Assembly (NCBI GenBank): GCA_039588275.1
Contig: JBDHAC010000012.1
Location: 1 to 64,000 of the forward strand
DNA from: Gemmatimonadota bacterium
GTDB lineage: Bacteria > Gemmatimonadota > Gemmatimonadetes > Palauibacterales > Palauibacteraceae
Reading direction: 5' to 3'
Length of the DNA stretch: 64,000 bases
A program made the position numbers and the translations under genes. Below, piece after piece: positions 47,942-58,301 of this stretch. Each line of letters starts with the position of its first letter. Position 1 is the first letter of the stretch. The notes beneath the pieces are model-generated. The model searched no databases and was not told where the DNA came from. It worked only from the letters and a program-made list of their open reading frames with translations.

Positions 47942-50900
47942 ATGCCTCGCATACAGCTCTTCTGTTCCGTTCTCATCGCGCTGGTCTGGCTCGCCGTCCA
48001 CACGCCTTCCGCGCAGGCTCAAGTGGACGCGCGCATGCTCAGACAGCCCGACGTCTCTGAAACCCACATCACGTTCGTGTACGCGGGCGACATCTGGGTC
48101 GTGCCCAAGGAAGGGGGCACGGCTCAACGCCTGAGCTCGCCGCGGGGTGAGGAGTCGTTCCCTCGCTTCTCCCCCGACGGACGCAGCATCGCGTTTACCG
48201 GTAACTACGACGGAAACACGGACGTGTATGTCGTCCCCACGCTGGGGGGTCATCCCGTCCGGGTCACGCACCATCCGATGGCGGACCGCCTCGTGGATTG
48301 GTATCCGCGGGGGGACGAGTTGCTGTACGCATCCTCGATGGAAAGCGGACGCCAGCGGTACAACCAGTTCTACCGCACGGCGGCGACCGGCGGGATGCCG
48401 CAGAAGCTCCCGGTTCCGTACGGGGAGTTCGGCGCGATCTCTCCCGACGGTCAGTGGTTGGCCTATACGCCGAAGGCGCGCGACTTCCGCACCTGGAAGC
48501 GCTATCGAGGCGGGTGGGCCCCCGACGTGTGGCTCTTCAACCTGCGCACGCTCGAGTCGCGAAACATCACCGACAACCCGGCGAACGACGGTCAGCCCAT
48601 GTGGCACGACCGGACCGTCTACTTCCTCTCCGACCGCGGATCCGAGCAGCGCTTCAACCTGTGGGCCTACGACATGGGCTCCGGCAGGACCCGCCAGGTC
48701 ACGGACTTTCGCGACTTCGACATCCACTTCCCGGCCATCGGACCGGACGAGATCGTGTTCGAGGCGGGTGGCCGGATCCACCTGTTCGACCTCGATGAAG
48801 AGCAGCCGCGTGAGATCGAGATCGAGGTCGTAACGGACAGGGCGACGCTCAAGCCCCGGCTCGAGGCCGTGGGCGAGCGGATCTCGAGCGGTTGGCTCTC
48901 ACCGAGCGGGGCGAGAGCGCTGTTCGAGGCTCGCGGAGAGCTGTTCACGGTCCCGGCCGAGCACGGGCCGGTACGGCTGATGACCCGCACGCCGGGCGTG
49001 GCGGAGCGCTATCCGACCTGGTCGCCCGATGGCCGCTGGCTCGCCTACTTCAGCGACCGGACGGGAGAGTACGAGCTCACGATCCGACCGGCAGACGGGT
49101 CGGGCGAAGAGCGGACCGTGACGTCGCTCGGGGCCGGTTATCGCTACCGACCGTACTGGTCTCCGGACAGCCGCAAGCTGGCCTTCGTGGACAAGGCGAT
49201 GCGGATTCAGATCGTGGATCGGGAGACGGGGGCGGTCAGCCAGGTGGATCAGGGACTCTGGATGTTCCAGGGCGCGCTCAACGCGTTCAGCGTGAGCTGG
49301 TCGCCGGACAGCCGGTGGCTCGCCTACAGCCGGGGGCTGGAGAACCGACACGCTGCCGTGTTCCTGTTCGACACGCGGTCCGGCCGTCGCCATCAGGCCA
49401 CGGAGGGCTTCTACAGCGACGCGCGACCGGTCTTTGGTCCGGACGGCGAGTATCTCTTCTTCCTCTCCAATCGGACGTTCCGACCGGTATACAGCGACGT
49501 CGACAATTCGTGGGTGTACCCCAACACCACGGGCCTCGTGGCCGTGCCGCTCCGTCGAGACGTGCCGTCCCCGCTCGAGCCCCGAAGCGATGATGAGGAG
49601 GTCGGTGGGGGCGACGACGAGGCTGCAGCCGGGTCGCCGGGCGCCCCTGAGGCCGACGAGGCCGAGGCTGGCTCGGAGGAGCCCGAGCCCGTCGAGATCG
49701 ACCTCGAAGGTTTCGAGAGCCGGGCCGTCCCGCTTCCGCCCGAGGCCGGCAACTACAGGGGGTTGCACGCGGTCGAAGGAAAGCTGCTGTATCGGCGTCT
49801 CCCTCGGACGGGATCCGGTGAGGATGAGAGCCCGCTCGTCTACTACGACCTCGAGGAGCGCGAGGAGAAGACCGTGCTCGGGGACGTCGATGGGTTCGTG
49901 GTCTCGGCCGACGGGAAGAAGGCGCTCGTGGCCAACGATGACCAGTTCGCGATCATCGAACTGAAGCCGGACCAGAAGATCGAGAAGCCGCTCCGCATCG
50001 CGGAGATGGAGATGACCGTGGATCCGGCCGCGGAATGGAAACAGATCTTCAACGACGTCTGGCGCTTCCAGCGCGATTACTTCTACGACCCGAACATGCA
50101 CGGCGTCGACTGGGCCGCGATGCGTGAGCAATACGGCCGCCTGCTCGACGACGCCGTCACCCGTTGGGACGTCAACTTCGTGATCGGCGAGCTGATCGCT
50201 GAACTGGACGCCTCACACACGTACCGGGGCGGGGGCGACACCGAAACGCCGGAGAGACGCGGGGTCGGGCTGCTCGGGGTCGACTGGTCGCTGGAGAACG
50301 GCGCGTACCGTATCGACCGGATCATCGAGGGAGCACCCTGGGATTCGGAGATGCGCCCACCGCTGCGACAGCCCGGGGTGGACGTGAGCGAGGGGGACTA
50401 CGTCCTGGCCGTGAACGGTATCCCGCTGGATCCCGGCAAGGACCCGTGGTCCGCCTTCCAGGGGCTGGCTGGCCGGACCGTCGCGCTGACGGTCAACGGC
50501 ACGCCTTCGATGGCCGGGGCCCGAGAGGTGCTCGTCGAGACGCTCGGCAGCGAGGCGCGTCTCCGGAACCTGGCGTGGATCGACTCGAACCGCCGTCGCG
50601 TCCTCGAGGCCAGCGCCGGCCGGGTCGGCTACATCTACGTGCCCAACACGGGTGTCCAGGGACAGACCGAGCTGGTGCGCCAGTTCGCGGGTCAGATGCA
50701 CCTGCCCGCGTTGGTGATCGATGAGCGGTGGAACAGCGGCGGTCAGATCCCGGACCGGTTCATCGAGCTCCTGAACCGTCCGCCGCTGGCGTTCTGGGCC
50801 GTGCGAGACGGCAAGGATTGGCAGTGGCCGCCGATCGCGCACTTCGGACCGAAGGTGATGCTCATCAACGGGTGGAGCGGATCGGGCGGCGACGCGTTCC

Positions 50901-51244
50901 CGGACTACTTCCGCAAAGCCGGGCTCGGTCCGCTGATCGGCTCCCGCACCTGGGGAGGCCTGATCGGGATCACGGGGGCGCCGCCGTTGATGGATGGCGG
51001 AGGCGTGACGATACCGACGTTCCGCATGTACAACCCCGACGGCGGCTGGTTCGCCGAGGGCCATGGAGTCGACCCCGACATCGAGGTGCCCGAGGATCCG
51101 ACCGCGCTCGCGCAGGGGACGGATCCGCAGCTCGAGCGTGCGGTGATGGAGGCGCTGAGGCTCCTGGAGATCACGCCGCCGTGGGAGATCCTGCGGCCAC
51201 CCTACGAGCGCCGGACCGCCGGGGCGGGAGACGACGGCAACTGA
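47942..51244 (+). CDS. Tricorn protease-like S41 peptidase
   Basis: Signal peptide, PD40/WD40 propellers (FSPDG), ELDASH, PDZ, IDERWNSGG, SGSGGDAF catalytic Ser, RTWGG. Confidence 0.95.
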   Translation: MPRIQLFCSVLIALVWLAVHTPSAQAQVDARMLRQPDVSETHITFVYAGDIWVVPKEGGTAQRLSSPRGEESFPRFSPDGRSIAFTGNYDGNTDVYVVPTLGGHPVRVTHHPMADRLVDWYPRGDELLYASSMESGRQRYNQFYRTAATGGMPQKLPVPYGEFGAISPDGQWLAYTPKARDFRTWKRYRGGWAPDVWLFNLRTLESRNITDNPANDGQPMWHDRTVYFLSDRGSEQRFNLWAYDMGSGRTRQVTDFRDFDIHFPAIGPDEIVFEAGGRIHLFDLDEEQPREIEIEVVTDRATLKPRLEAVGERISSGWLSPSGARALFEARGELFTVPAEHGPVRLMTRTPGVAERYPTWSPDGRWLAYFSDRTGEYELTIRPADGSGEERTVTSLGAGYRYRPYWSPDSRKLAFVDKAMRIQIVDRETGAVSQVDQGLWMFQGALNAFSVSWSPDSRWLAYSRGLENRHAAVFLFDTRSGRRHQATEGFYSDARPVFGPDGEYLFFLSNRTFRPVYSDVDNSWVYPNTTGLVAVPLRRDVPSPLEPRSDDEEVGGGDDEAAAGSPGAPEADEAEAGSEEPEPVEIDLEGFESRAVPLPPEAGNYRGLHAVEGKLLYRRLPRTGSGEDESPLVYYDLEEREEKTVLGDVDGFVVSADGKKALVANDDQFAIIELKPDQKIEKPLRIAEMEMTVDPAAEWKQIFNDVWRFQRDYFYDPNMHGVDWAAMREQYGRLLDDAVTRWDVNFVIGELIAELDASHTYRGGGDTETPERRGVGLLGVDWSLENGAYRIDRIIEGAPWDSEMRPPLRQPGVDVSEGDYVLAVNGIPLDPGKDPWSAFQGLAGRTVALTVNGTPSMAGAREVLVETLGSEARLRNLAWIDSNRRRVLEASAGRVGYIYVPNTGVQGQTELVRQFAGQMHLPALVIDERWNSGGQIPDRFIELLNRPPLAFWAVRDGKDWQWPPIAHFGPKVMLINGWSGSGGDAFPDYFRKAGLGPLIGSRTWGGLIGITGAPPLMDGGGVTIPTFRMYNPDGGWFAEGHGVDPDIEVPEDPTALAQGTDPQLERAVMEALRLLEITPPWEILRPPYERRTAGAGDDGN

Positions 51245-51298
51245 CGCACGCCGCGCACATGTGATCGACGCCAGCCGGTCCTGACCGGTGGCGGTGTG

Positions 51299-51325
51299 GA
51301 GAGGGCGCCCGAGGGGCGCCCTCTC
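51299..51325. terminator. Hairpin between convergent genes (probable bidirectional terminator)
   Basis: GAGAGGGCGCCC-GAG-GGGCGCCCTCTC 12-bp stem. Confidence 0.7.
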
Positions 51326-51380
51326 TCGACTCACCCCGCCATTGCCCGCAGACGCCTCACCTCGTAGCGAGCGGCTTTCA

Positions 51381-52664
51381 CTACTCCCGAATCGACTCGA
51401 TCACGAGTCGCAGCAGCTCGTCGATGTCCCGGCCGGGAATCCAACGCGCTACGACCATGAGGTCGTTCTCGGGATCCACGTACACCATGTTCGTGCCGTT
51501 CCCGATGTGCGCGTACGCCGAGGATGGTGCACTCGGATAGCGCTGGCGGCCTTCGTCGTTGGGCAGGTTCAGGAAGTAGTTCATGAACCCGTACGTTCCG
51601 TTCGCGGGTCCGGGCGTGACGGCCATGTCGAACCACTCCTCGGCCAGGAGCTGCTCGTCGCCCCACTTCCCTTTCCTGAGCGTGAACAGCCCGAGGCGCG
51701 CCTGGTCGCGGGCGCTGATGAACATCCCGCCTCCCCAGTGCCCGCCGCCGCTCACCGATTGCATCCTCTGGCCGTCGATCGTCACCCACGAGTTCTCGTA
51801 CCCGTTCCAGCGCCAGGTCGGTGAGGCGCCGATCGGGTCCATGACCCGCTCCTTCAGAACCTGAGGGAGCGGCCGGCGCCAGATGCTCGTCGCGGCCAGT
51901 GCGAGGATGTTCACGCGCGTGTCGTTGTACTCGTATACGGTGCCGGGTTCGTGCCTCTCACGAGTCATCCACGTCGAAGCGTCGCGGTCGGGACGGTCCG
52001 CCCAGTCCGGCTTGCCCCACAGCGTGCCCTCCCAGTCCGAGGTCTGTCGGAGGAGGTCGTCCCACGTGATCCGGCGGTTGTGCGCGGATTCGAACATCGT
52101 CGTCGGATCGGGCGCCCCGAACCCCGTTCGGTCCACGCCCGGCTCGCCGTCGCCAGGGGGCACGTCCACCGGCGCCATGTACTCGCGCACGGTGTCATCC
52201 AGCGAGGCAATGAGCCCGTCCTGCCACGCGAGGCCCACCGTCGTCGAGAGGAACGACTTGGTCACGCTGTGAGTCATGTCGACCCGCTTCGTGTCGCCCC
52301 ACTCGGCCACGATGTATCCGTGCCGCACGATCAGCCCGGCCGCCCCCGCGCGAACCTTGAAGGGTCCGATCCCGTGCCTGAACGGCTCGCGACCGAAGCT
52401 CGCCGCCTGTGACTGCTCCTGGTCCCGCGGGACGGTCGTTTCGTGGGCCACCGCGTACTCGACCGCCGCCTGCACGCCGGCCGGGTCCATCCCAACCTCC
52501 CGGGCGGAGCGTGTTTCCCACCCGTCCCCCTGCGCCGGGACGTATTGGGCCGTCAGAGCCGGGGGCAGCGAAAGGATCGTGACTGCCGTGACCAACATCG
52601 CGCCGAGGAATGACCCTCGCTCGAGGGGGAGAAGCTCGGTGAGCCGGCAGGCATCGGAGCGCAT
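51381..52664 (-). CDS. Serine hydrolase, beta-lactamase class C / penicillin-binding-protein-like
   Basis: SVTK (SxxK), YEYND, HIG; GGAGA RBS. Confidence 0.9.
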   Translation of the reverse strand: MRSDACRLTELLPLERGSFLGAMLVTAVTILSLPPALTAQYVPAQGDGWETRSAREVGMDPAGVQAAVEYAVAHETTVPRDQEQSQAASFGREPFRHGIGPFKVRAGAAGLIVRHGYIVAEWGDTKRVDMTHSVTKSFLSTTVGLAWQDGLIASLDDTVREYMAPVDVPPGDGEPGVDRTGFGAPDPTTMFESAHNRRITWDDLLRQTSDWEGTLWGKPDWADRPDRDASTWMTRERHEPGTVYEYNDTRVNILALAATSIWRRPLPQVLKERVMDPIGASPTWRWNGYENSWVTIDGQRMQSVSGGGHWGGGMFISARDQARLGLFTLRKGKWGDEQLLAEEWFDMAVTPGPANGTYGFMNYFLNLPNDEGRQRYPSAPSSAYAHIGNGTNMVYVDPENDLMVVARWIPGRDIDELLRLVIESIRE

Positions 52665-52832
52665 TGTCGTTCTCCATCGTGATTGGTGCTACGAATTGTG
52701 TGGGATCAGTCTAGGAGCACCAGCGCGACCAGAAAACGGGTGCGAGCAACTGGACGAGGCAGCCACCCGTATGTAGCGTAGGCCGGTCTGTGATTCCGGC
52801 CCCAAGAGACCGAACCTGGTCCGCAGACAGGA

Positions 52833-54308
52833 GTGCCGACCGTGCCACACCCCATCCGCCATGTTCCCGGCGTCTTGACCCTGCTCGTGGCAGCCTCGAG
52901 CCTCGCGCCGGAGGCCGCACTCTCGCAGGACGGGGTGCCGCACCTGAGTCTCGAGCCGTGCGAGATTCGCGGAGTCACCGGACCCGTCGAGTGCGGCACC
53001 CTGACGGTGTTCGAGGACCGCGAGGCTCGCTCGGGTCGCACCATCGATCTGTACGTCGTCGTTCTACCCGCGACAGACCCCGACTCCGAGGCCGACCCCA
53101 TCTACGTCCTGACGGGCGGTCCCGGTAGCGCGGCCACGCGGTCGGCCGGAGGGGCCTCGAGGTCGCAGTTCCGAGCCCGACGTACGTACGTGCTCATGGA
53201 CCAGAGAGGGACGGGCCGCTCGAACGGACTCCATTGCCTGATCGGCGATGACGCGCCGGTGGACCTCTTCCTCGGAGAGATCTTCGATGAGGATCGTGTC
53301 GCCCGGTGTCGGGATGAGCTCACGGAGCGGGCCGACCTCACGCTTTACACGAGCCCGCTCGCGATGGATGACCTCGACGACCTGCGAAAGGCGCTGGGCC
53401 ACGAGCAAATCAACCTGTGGGGCACGTCGTACGGGACGCGCGCCGCGCTCGTGTACCTCCGCAGGCACGGCGGGCATGTGCGGAGTGCGGTTCTGAACGC
53501 CTCCATGTCGCTGAGACAGGTCATGCCGATGGGTATGTCGGCCGACGCCGAGGCAGCGGTCCGGAACGTTCTCGCCGATTGCGCGGCGTCCGAGCCGTGC
53601 GCGTCCCGGTTCCCCGACCTCGAGGAGGAGTACCGGTTGGCCGTCGAAGGGGCCTCGGAACCCATGCCCGTCACGATCACGGATCCGAGGACGGAGCAGG
53701 AGGTGCAGGCGACCATGCAGCCCGCCGGCTTCGGTGAGGCGCTACGGGCGATGATGTACGACCCCGAGGCCACGCGGGACATCCCGCTCTTCCTCCACCG
53801 GGCGGCCCGCGAAGGTAATTACGACGGGTTCGCACAGTTCGGGGCACAACGGGCGATGGCCATCAACCGTCTCGCGGCCGCGGGGTTGTACCTGTCGGTG
53901 ACCTGTGCCGAGGACATCCCGTTCGCGAACGAAGCGGGCGAGTACGAGGCGGCCCGGGGCACCTTCCTGGCCGATAGCCGATCCCGGTCGCACTTCGACG
54001 CCTGCCGTCGATGGCCTCGAGGATCTGTGCCCGAAGACTTCCACGACAACGTCGTGTCGGACGTGCCCGTCCTGATCATCAACGGTGCGCACGATCCGGT
54101 CACGCCGCCGCGCTGGGGTGCGGAGACCGCCGAGCACCTGAGCCGGTCGATCCACGTCGTGGTGCCGCACGGTGGGCACGGTTGGAGTGGGCTGGAGAAT
54201 TCGACCTGCGTGTCGAGAATCCGGGAGGCATTCGTCGAGAATCCGACCGCCGACGCGCTGGACCTATCCTGCCTGGACGACATCCGGAGGCGGCCCTTCA
54301 GCGATTGA
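52833..54308 (+). CDS. Secreted alpha/beta hydrolase (TAP-like peptidase, S33)
   Basis: GGPG, DQRGTGRS, GTSYG nucleophile, DPVTP, GH. Confidence 0.9.
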   Translation: MPTVPHPIRHVPGVLTLLVAASSLAPEAALSQDGVPHLSLEPCEIRGVTGPVECGTLTVFEDREARSGRTIDLYVVVLPATDPDSEADPIYVLTGGPGSAATRSAGGASRSQFRARRTYVLMDQRGTGRSNGLHCLIGDDAPVDLFLGEIFDEDRVARCRDELTERADLTLYTSPLAMDDLDDLRKALGHEQINLWGTSYGTRAALVYLRRHGGHVRSAVLNASMSLRQVMPMGMSADAEAAVRNVLADCAASEPCASRFPDLEEEYRLAVEGASEPMPVTITDPRTEQEVQATMQPAGFGEALRAMMYDPEATRDIPLFLHRAAREGNYDGFAQFGAQRAMAINRLAAAGLYLSVTCAEDIPFANEAGEYEAARGTFLADSRSRSHFDACRRWPRGSVPEDFHDNVVSDVPVLIINGAHDPVTPPRWGAETAEHLSRSIHVVVPHGGHGWSGLENSTCVSRIREAFVENPTADALDLSCLDDIRRRPFSD

Positions 54309-54560
54309 TCCACACGCACCACTTCTGCAAATGACGGCGGTCATGTTACCGGGGTGCGGCATTTTGCCACCCTGCCTCACGGAAAGCGGAGTCAGCGGCC
54401 TCCGATTTTGCCTCCATGTGAAGCGACATCAGTGACTTACTGATGGGCACCGCTCTTGCCCATCCTGTTCTTTGCCAGGCAGGTGGCAGGCGAGTATTGC
54501 GGGCCGAGACCCCGACGGAGGCTTGGGGGACGTGGGTGCAGTGGTGGTAAGGCCGGTCGC

Positions 54561-56714
54561 GTGAAAGCAGAACCGAGGGACAGCAAGCCAAAGGACCGCG
54601 GAGAGGGTGCCGAGGCCCTGCAGCTCTTGGCGCGAGCTCTTCAGCAGCACCGCGTGTATCCGGCGAACAGCCCCATGTGCCGCGACGCGGTCGTCGCGTG
54701 CCACGCCGCTCTCACCGAATTGGGCGGAGACGGACTCTCCGCACGGGTGGCGCCCCGCACGCTGCACCTGCCTGACGACGTAGTCCCGTCGAGCCCCGCG
54801 ATCACTGAGCTCGCCGATCGGCTGTTCCGAGCAGACATCGAGGAGCTGCAGCTCACCCGTGACGTGAGCCCGAAGGAGATCGCACGCTTTTGTCGTACGC
54901 TCGCTCGCTGGGACCAGCGCCCGGATCGTCACGCGAGCTTTCCCGAGGTGCTCGCCGATCAGGGCGTGAGCACCGTACGCGTCCTGACCGCGGAGCGGAT
55001 CACGGTCCTCGATCTCGAGACCCTTCCCGCGGAGCGTCTTCGCCGACTCGAGGGAGAGAGAAAGGCGCGGGGAGAGATGGAGGACTACGAGCGTGCTTTG
55101 CTCGCTCAGAAGGCGTGGGTAAGGGTCGACACGAGCTGCCCGCTCGAGCCGATCGACACCGTCGATCTCGCGTTCCTCGTCGAGGACCAGGCGGACCTGA
55201 CCCAAATGCTGCACGACATGGCGGACACCCAGGGTCGGAGCCGGCGCGGACAGGCAGGGCTCAAAGACGGGATCAACGATCTCATGCAAGTCTACGCCTC
55301 GCTGAGCCCCGACGTCGCCGATGAGCGCTTCGAGCAGTTGGCACGTTCCATCATGGCGCTCGACAAAGACGCGCGGCGGAAGTTGACGAGCGAAGTCCTG
55401 ATGCCCGAGCTGCTCGAAACCGGAAAGGCTGCCGAGGTTCTGCGTCGTCTTCCCGACTCCGAGATCGTCGAGACTCTCGAGACGCTCGCCGATCTCGAGA
55501 TGGGGGGCGTTGGCCTGTTGGATCTCGCGCTCAAGCGGCTCAGGCTGCCACAAGACCGTAGGTCGAGCATTGCCGGCGCGCTGACCCCGGAGCTGAGGCA
55601 GGAGCAGACCATGCCGCAGAGTTTCGACGGGGCTCCCGGCACCGTGACCACCCCTGAGGCTCGGCTCTCCAGCCAGGCAACGGCATCCGTCGACGTCCGG
55701 GAGTATACGGCCCACGAGCTGTCGATCGACGAAGAGACCGCCGAGGCGATAGGTCGATTCCGTGAGGCGGTCACCCGCGTCGATCCTCGTTCCGAGCGGC
55801 TTCGTTGCATCGCGGGCTTGATCCCGCATCTCCGCAACCCGGATCGCGCTGCGGGGCTGTTCAAGGTCGCGCTCGGGCTCATCCGTCCGCTCCTCCAGAA
55901 GAACCCATCGGAGGCCGCGCGTTGGATCGAGACGTTGCGCGAAAAGGCGGACGCCGTGCGTGCCCTAGTACCGGAGATCGCCGAGCTCGGAGATGCGATG
56001 CTCGGTCGCCTCTGCTCGCGAGAGTTCCTCCGACACGAGGCCCGGCGGATTGCTGCAACGACCGCCGGACTCCGCGGCGGCGACCAGGGCGATAGCTCCC
56101 AATTGCTCAAAGCCTTCGGCGGAACCGCGGCCGACTCCTTCCTGTCAGCCTTGGAGGCGGAGGAGTCCCACGAGGTCCGCATGCAGCTTCTCGACCTAAT
56201 GTGTGCCCACGCGGAGGTTCTGGCCCCGCAACTCGAGCGCCGTCTGGACGACGATGTGTGGAGGATCGTGCGGAACGCGGTGCGGGTCCTGGGGTTCGCC
56301 CGGCCCGAGGTGGTCTCGGTGATCGCTCCTCTCCTCGATCACGCGGAGGACCGAGTCGCGCGGGAAGCCTATATGGCCCTGAGCCGCATCGGCTCGAACG
56401 CCGCGGCCGATGCCATCCTCGAGCGACTCGATACGCTGGATGACGGACGGCGGATTGTCGCGGAAGAGGCCTTGAGCCGGTTCAAAACCGCCGAAGGCAA
56501 TCGACTGGCCCACCGACTGCTTCGCGATCACGGATTCTGCATTCAGCGCCCCCGCTTCGCCCGTAAGCTGATCCGCCGCTTCGTCAGGACTCCGAGCGCG
56601 GACTGGTCCGAGATCCTGATGCCACTGAGTTCGCTGCGTTTTCGATTCTGGCGGCCCGAGCTGGCACGGCTCGGGTGGGCTGCCACCGCCGCCCTGAAGG
56701 GACCGCGCGCGTGA
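54561..56714 (+). CDS. HEAT-repeat protein
   Basis: N-terminal YPANSP motif; C-terminal HEAT repeats (WRIVRNAVRVLG, RVAREA); start uncertain. Confidence 0.75.
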   Translation: MKAEPRDSKPKDRGEGAEALQLLARALQQHRVYPANSPMCRDAVVACHAALTELGGDGLSARVAPRTLHLPDDVVPSSPAITELADRLFRADIEELQLTRDVSPKEIARFCRTLARWDQRPDRHASFPEVLADQGVSTVRVLTAERITVLDLETLPAERLRRLEGERKARGEMEDYERALLAQKAWVRVDTSCPLEPIDTVDLAFLVEDQADLTQMLHDMADTQGRSRRGQAGLKDGINDLMQVYASLSPDVADERFEQLARSIMALDKDARRKLTSEVLMPELLETGKAAEVLRRLPDSEIVETLETLADLEMGGVGLLDLALKRLRLPQDRRSSIAGALTPELRQEQTMPQSFDGAPGTVTTPEARLSSQATASVDVREYTAHELSIDEETAEAIGRFREAVTRVDPRSERLRCIAGLIPHLRNPDRAAGLFKVALGLIRPLLQKNPSEAARWIETLREKADAVRALVPEIAELGDAMLGRLCSREFLRHEARRIAATTAGLRGGDQGDSSQLLKAFGGTAADSFLSALEAEESHEVRMQLLDLMCAHAEVLAPQLERRLDDDVWRIVRNAVRVLGFARPEVVSVIAPLLDHAEDRVAREAYMALSRIGSNAAADAILERLDTLDDGRRIVAEEALSRFKTAEGNRLAHRLLRDHGFCIQRPRFARKLIRRFVRTPSADWSEILMPLSSLRFRFWRPELARLGWAATAALKGPRA

Positions 56715-58117
56715 GCGATCCACGCGAAACCCCGACCGCGAACCCGCTCCTGGTGCTGCGCGCGTTCAGCGCACTGCGCCGGAGCGTAGCGCTTTATCCG
56801 CCCGGCCACGTGGTGATTGATCAGGTATTGGGCGAACTCCAGTCTGCCGTGGAGCAGGCGTTGGATGCGACCGAAACCCTGCGAATCCAGATCATCGCGG
56901 GCAACGCTCACGTAGATGGGTATCCCTATCGAGTCGAAAGCGCGGCCAACGCCGGGGTGCTCGAGGAGCTCAGCCGGCTTGGAGTGGAGTGCCTGCACAT
57001 CGATCGTGGCGTCAGCGCCTCCGAGCTCGCGGGCGTGGCCCAGCTGCTGAACGAGCTGGGTGACCGGAAAGCGGAATCCGTCTCGATCGGCGAGCTGCTC
57101 ATCGAGCGAGGCGTGGAGCGAGTGAAGATCACGAAGCTCCTTCCCGTCGGGGAGCAACGCGAACGCCTGTTCAGCTGGCCGGACGCCCCCAAAGGGATAG
57201 ACGATCCCGAGTATACCGGGGTCCTGTCGAGCGCGAGGCAAGCGATCGGTCCCGTGTTCGCCGGTGAGAGCCTCGAAGCAGGCGCTGTACGCTCCCTTGT
57301 CGAAGGGCTCGCCGATCAGATCCTGGACCGGCGCGGTGCCCTGGCCGCGATTCTCGGGGTCAAGCGCTACGAGAACCACACCTATTGCCACTCCGTGAAC
57401 GTGGCGGCGCTCGCCGTCTTCCTGGGCCGGCGGATCGAGCTCGATGAGACGACGCTGTCGGCGCTCGCGGAGGGCGCGCTGTTGCACGACGTCGGGAAGC
57501 GGTCGATCCCACGCGAAATCATCAGCAAGCCCGGGAAGCTTACGGAGCATGAGTGGCGGATCGTGAAGCGCCACCCCGTGGTGGGCGCCGAGCTCCTCGC
57601 GCCCATATCGGGGCTCGGCGCGATGACCCCTACTCTCGCCCTCGAGCACCACCGGGACTTCGCGGGCGGCGGCTATCCCGACCTCGGTGACGAAAAGCCG
57701 ACGCCCCTCAGTCAGCTATTGAGCGTCGTCGACGTCTACGAGGCGTTGACCGGGGCGCGTTCGTATCGCCCCCCCCTGCCTCCGGACGAGGCGTGTCTCA
57801 TGTTGGCGAAGATGTCGGGGGACAAGCTCAACCCCAACCTGGTGCGGGCCTTCATCAGCCTGATCACGTTCTTCCCGATCGGAACCGCCGTGCGCACGTC
57901 CCAAGGCGAGGTCGGCATCGTGATCGAGACCTGCGAGGACGAGCCGCTACACCCGACCATCGTCGTGGTGGAGCGGGAGGGGGCGGCCGTCGCACCCGGG
58001 TATACAGTCAATACGGCCGATCGGGATGAGCGAGGCGGTTATTTGCGCCACATCCTCGAAACGCTACCCGATTCGGACGCGGCGCTGGAAGTGGATGCTT
58101 TCGCGCAGGCCGGCTAA
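56711..58117 (+). CDS. HD-GYP domain cyclic-dinucleotide phosphodiesterase
   Basis: HSVNV, LLHDVGK, HP..G, EHH...GGYP, DVYEALT..RSYR; GTGA overlap with the HEAT gene. Confidence 0.9.
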   Translation: MSDPRETPTANPLLVLRAFSALRRSVALYPPGHVVIDQVLGELQSAVEQALDATETLRIQIIAGNAHVDGYPYRVESAANAGVLEELSRLGVECLHIDRGVSASELAGVAQLLNELGDRKAESVSIGELLIERGVERVKITKLLPVGEQRERLFSWPDAPKGIDDPEYTGVLSSARQAIGPVFAGESLEAGAVRSLVEGLADQILDRRGALAAILGVKRYENHTYCHSVNVAALAVFLGRRIELDETTLSALAEGALLHDVGKRSIPREIISKPGKLTEHEWRIVKRHPVVGAELLAPISGLGAMTPTLALEHHRDFAGGGYPDLGDEKPTPLSQLLSVVDVYEALTGARSYRPPLPPDEACLMLAKMSGDKLNPNLVRAFISLITFFPIGTAVRTSQGEVGIVIETCEDEPLHPTIVVVEREGAAVAPGYTVNTADRDERGGYLRHILETLPDSDAALEVDAFAQAG

Positions 58118-58301
58118 CCGGCGCTTCTCGCGACGCGCTCGAGAAGGGCAATCACGCCAGATCGCCCACCGATAAGCAGGGAGCTGAGCCTGACCGCGGC
58201 TCAGGTCGGTTGACGGAGGCGGGAACCACCCGACATCCTGCCTGGTGGGCACGTTCGCCGGGGCGACGCGCCGGCGTTCCACCTACCTCCCGGAGGTCAT
58301 C

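Noticed and set aside
51381..52664. Antibiotic-resistance beta-lactamase
   Set aside because: SxxK/YxN-like fold is shared by many esterases and peptidases; lacks the KTG motif (has HIG) and has no mobile context
54429..55829. Long antisense or alternate-frame ORFs (also 10182..11936, 14852..16348, 35523..37187, 48899..50131 and similar)
   Set aside because: Shadow ORFs of well-supported genes, expected in high-GC DNA; no motifs
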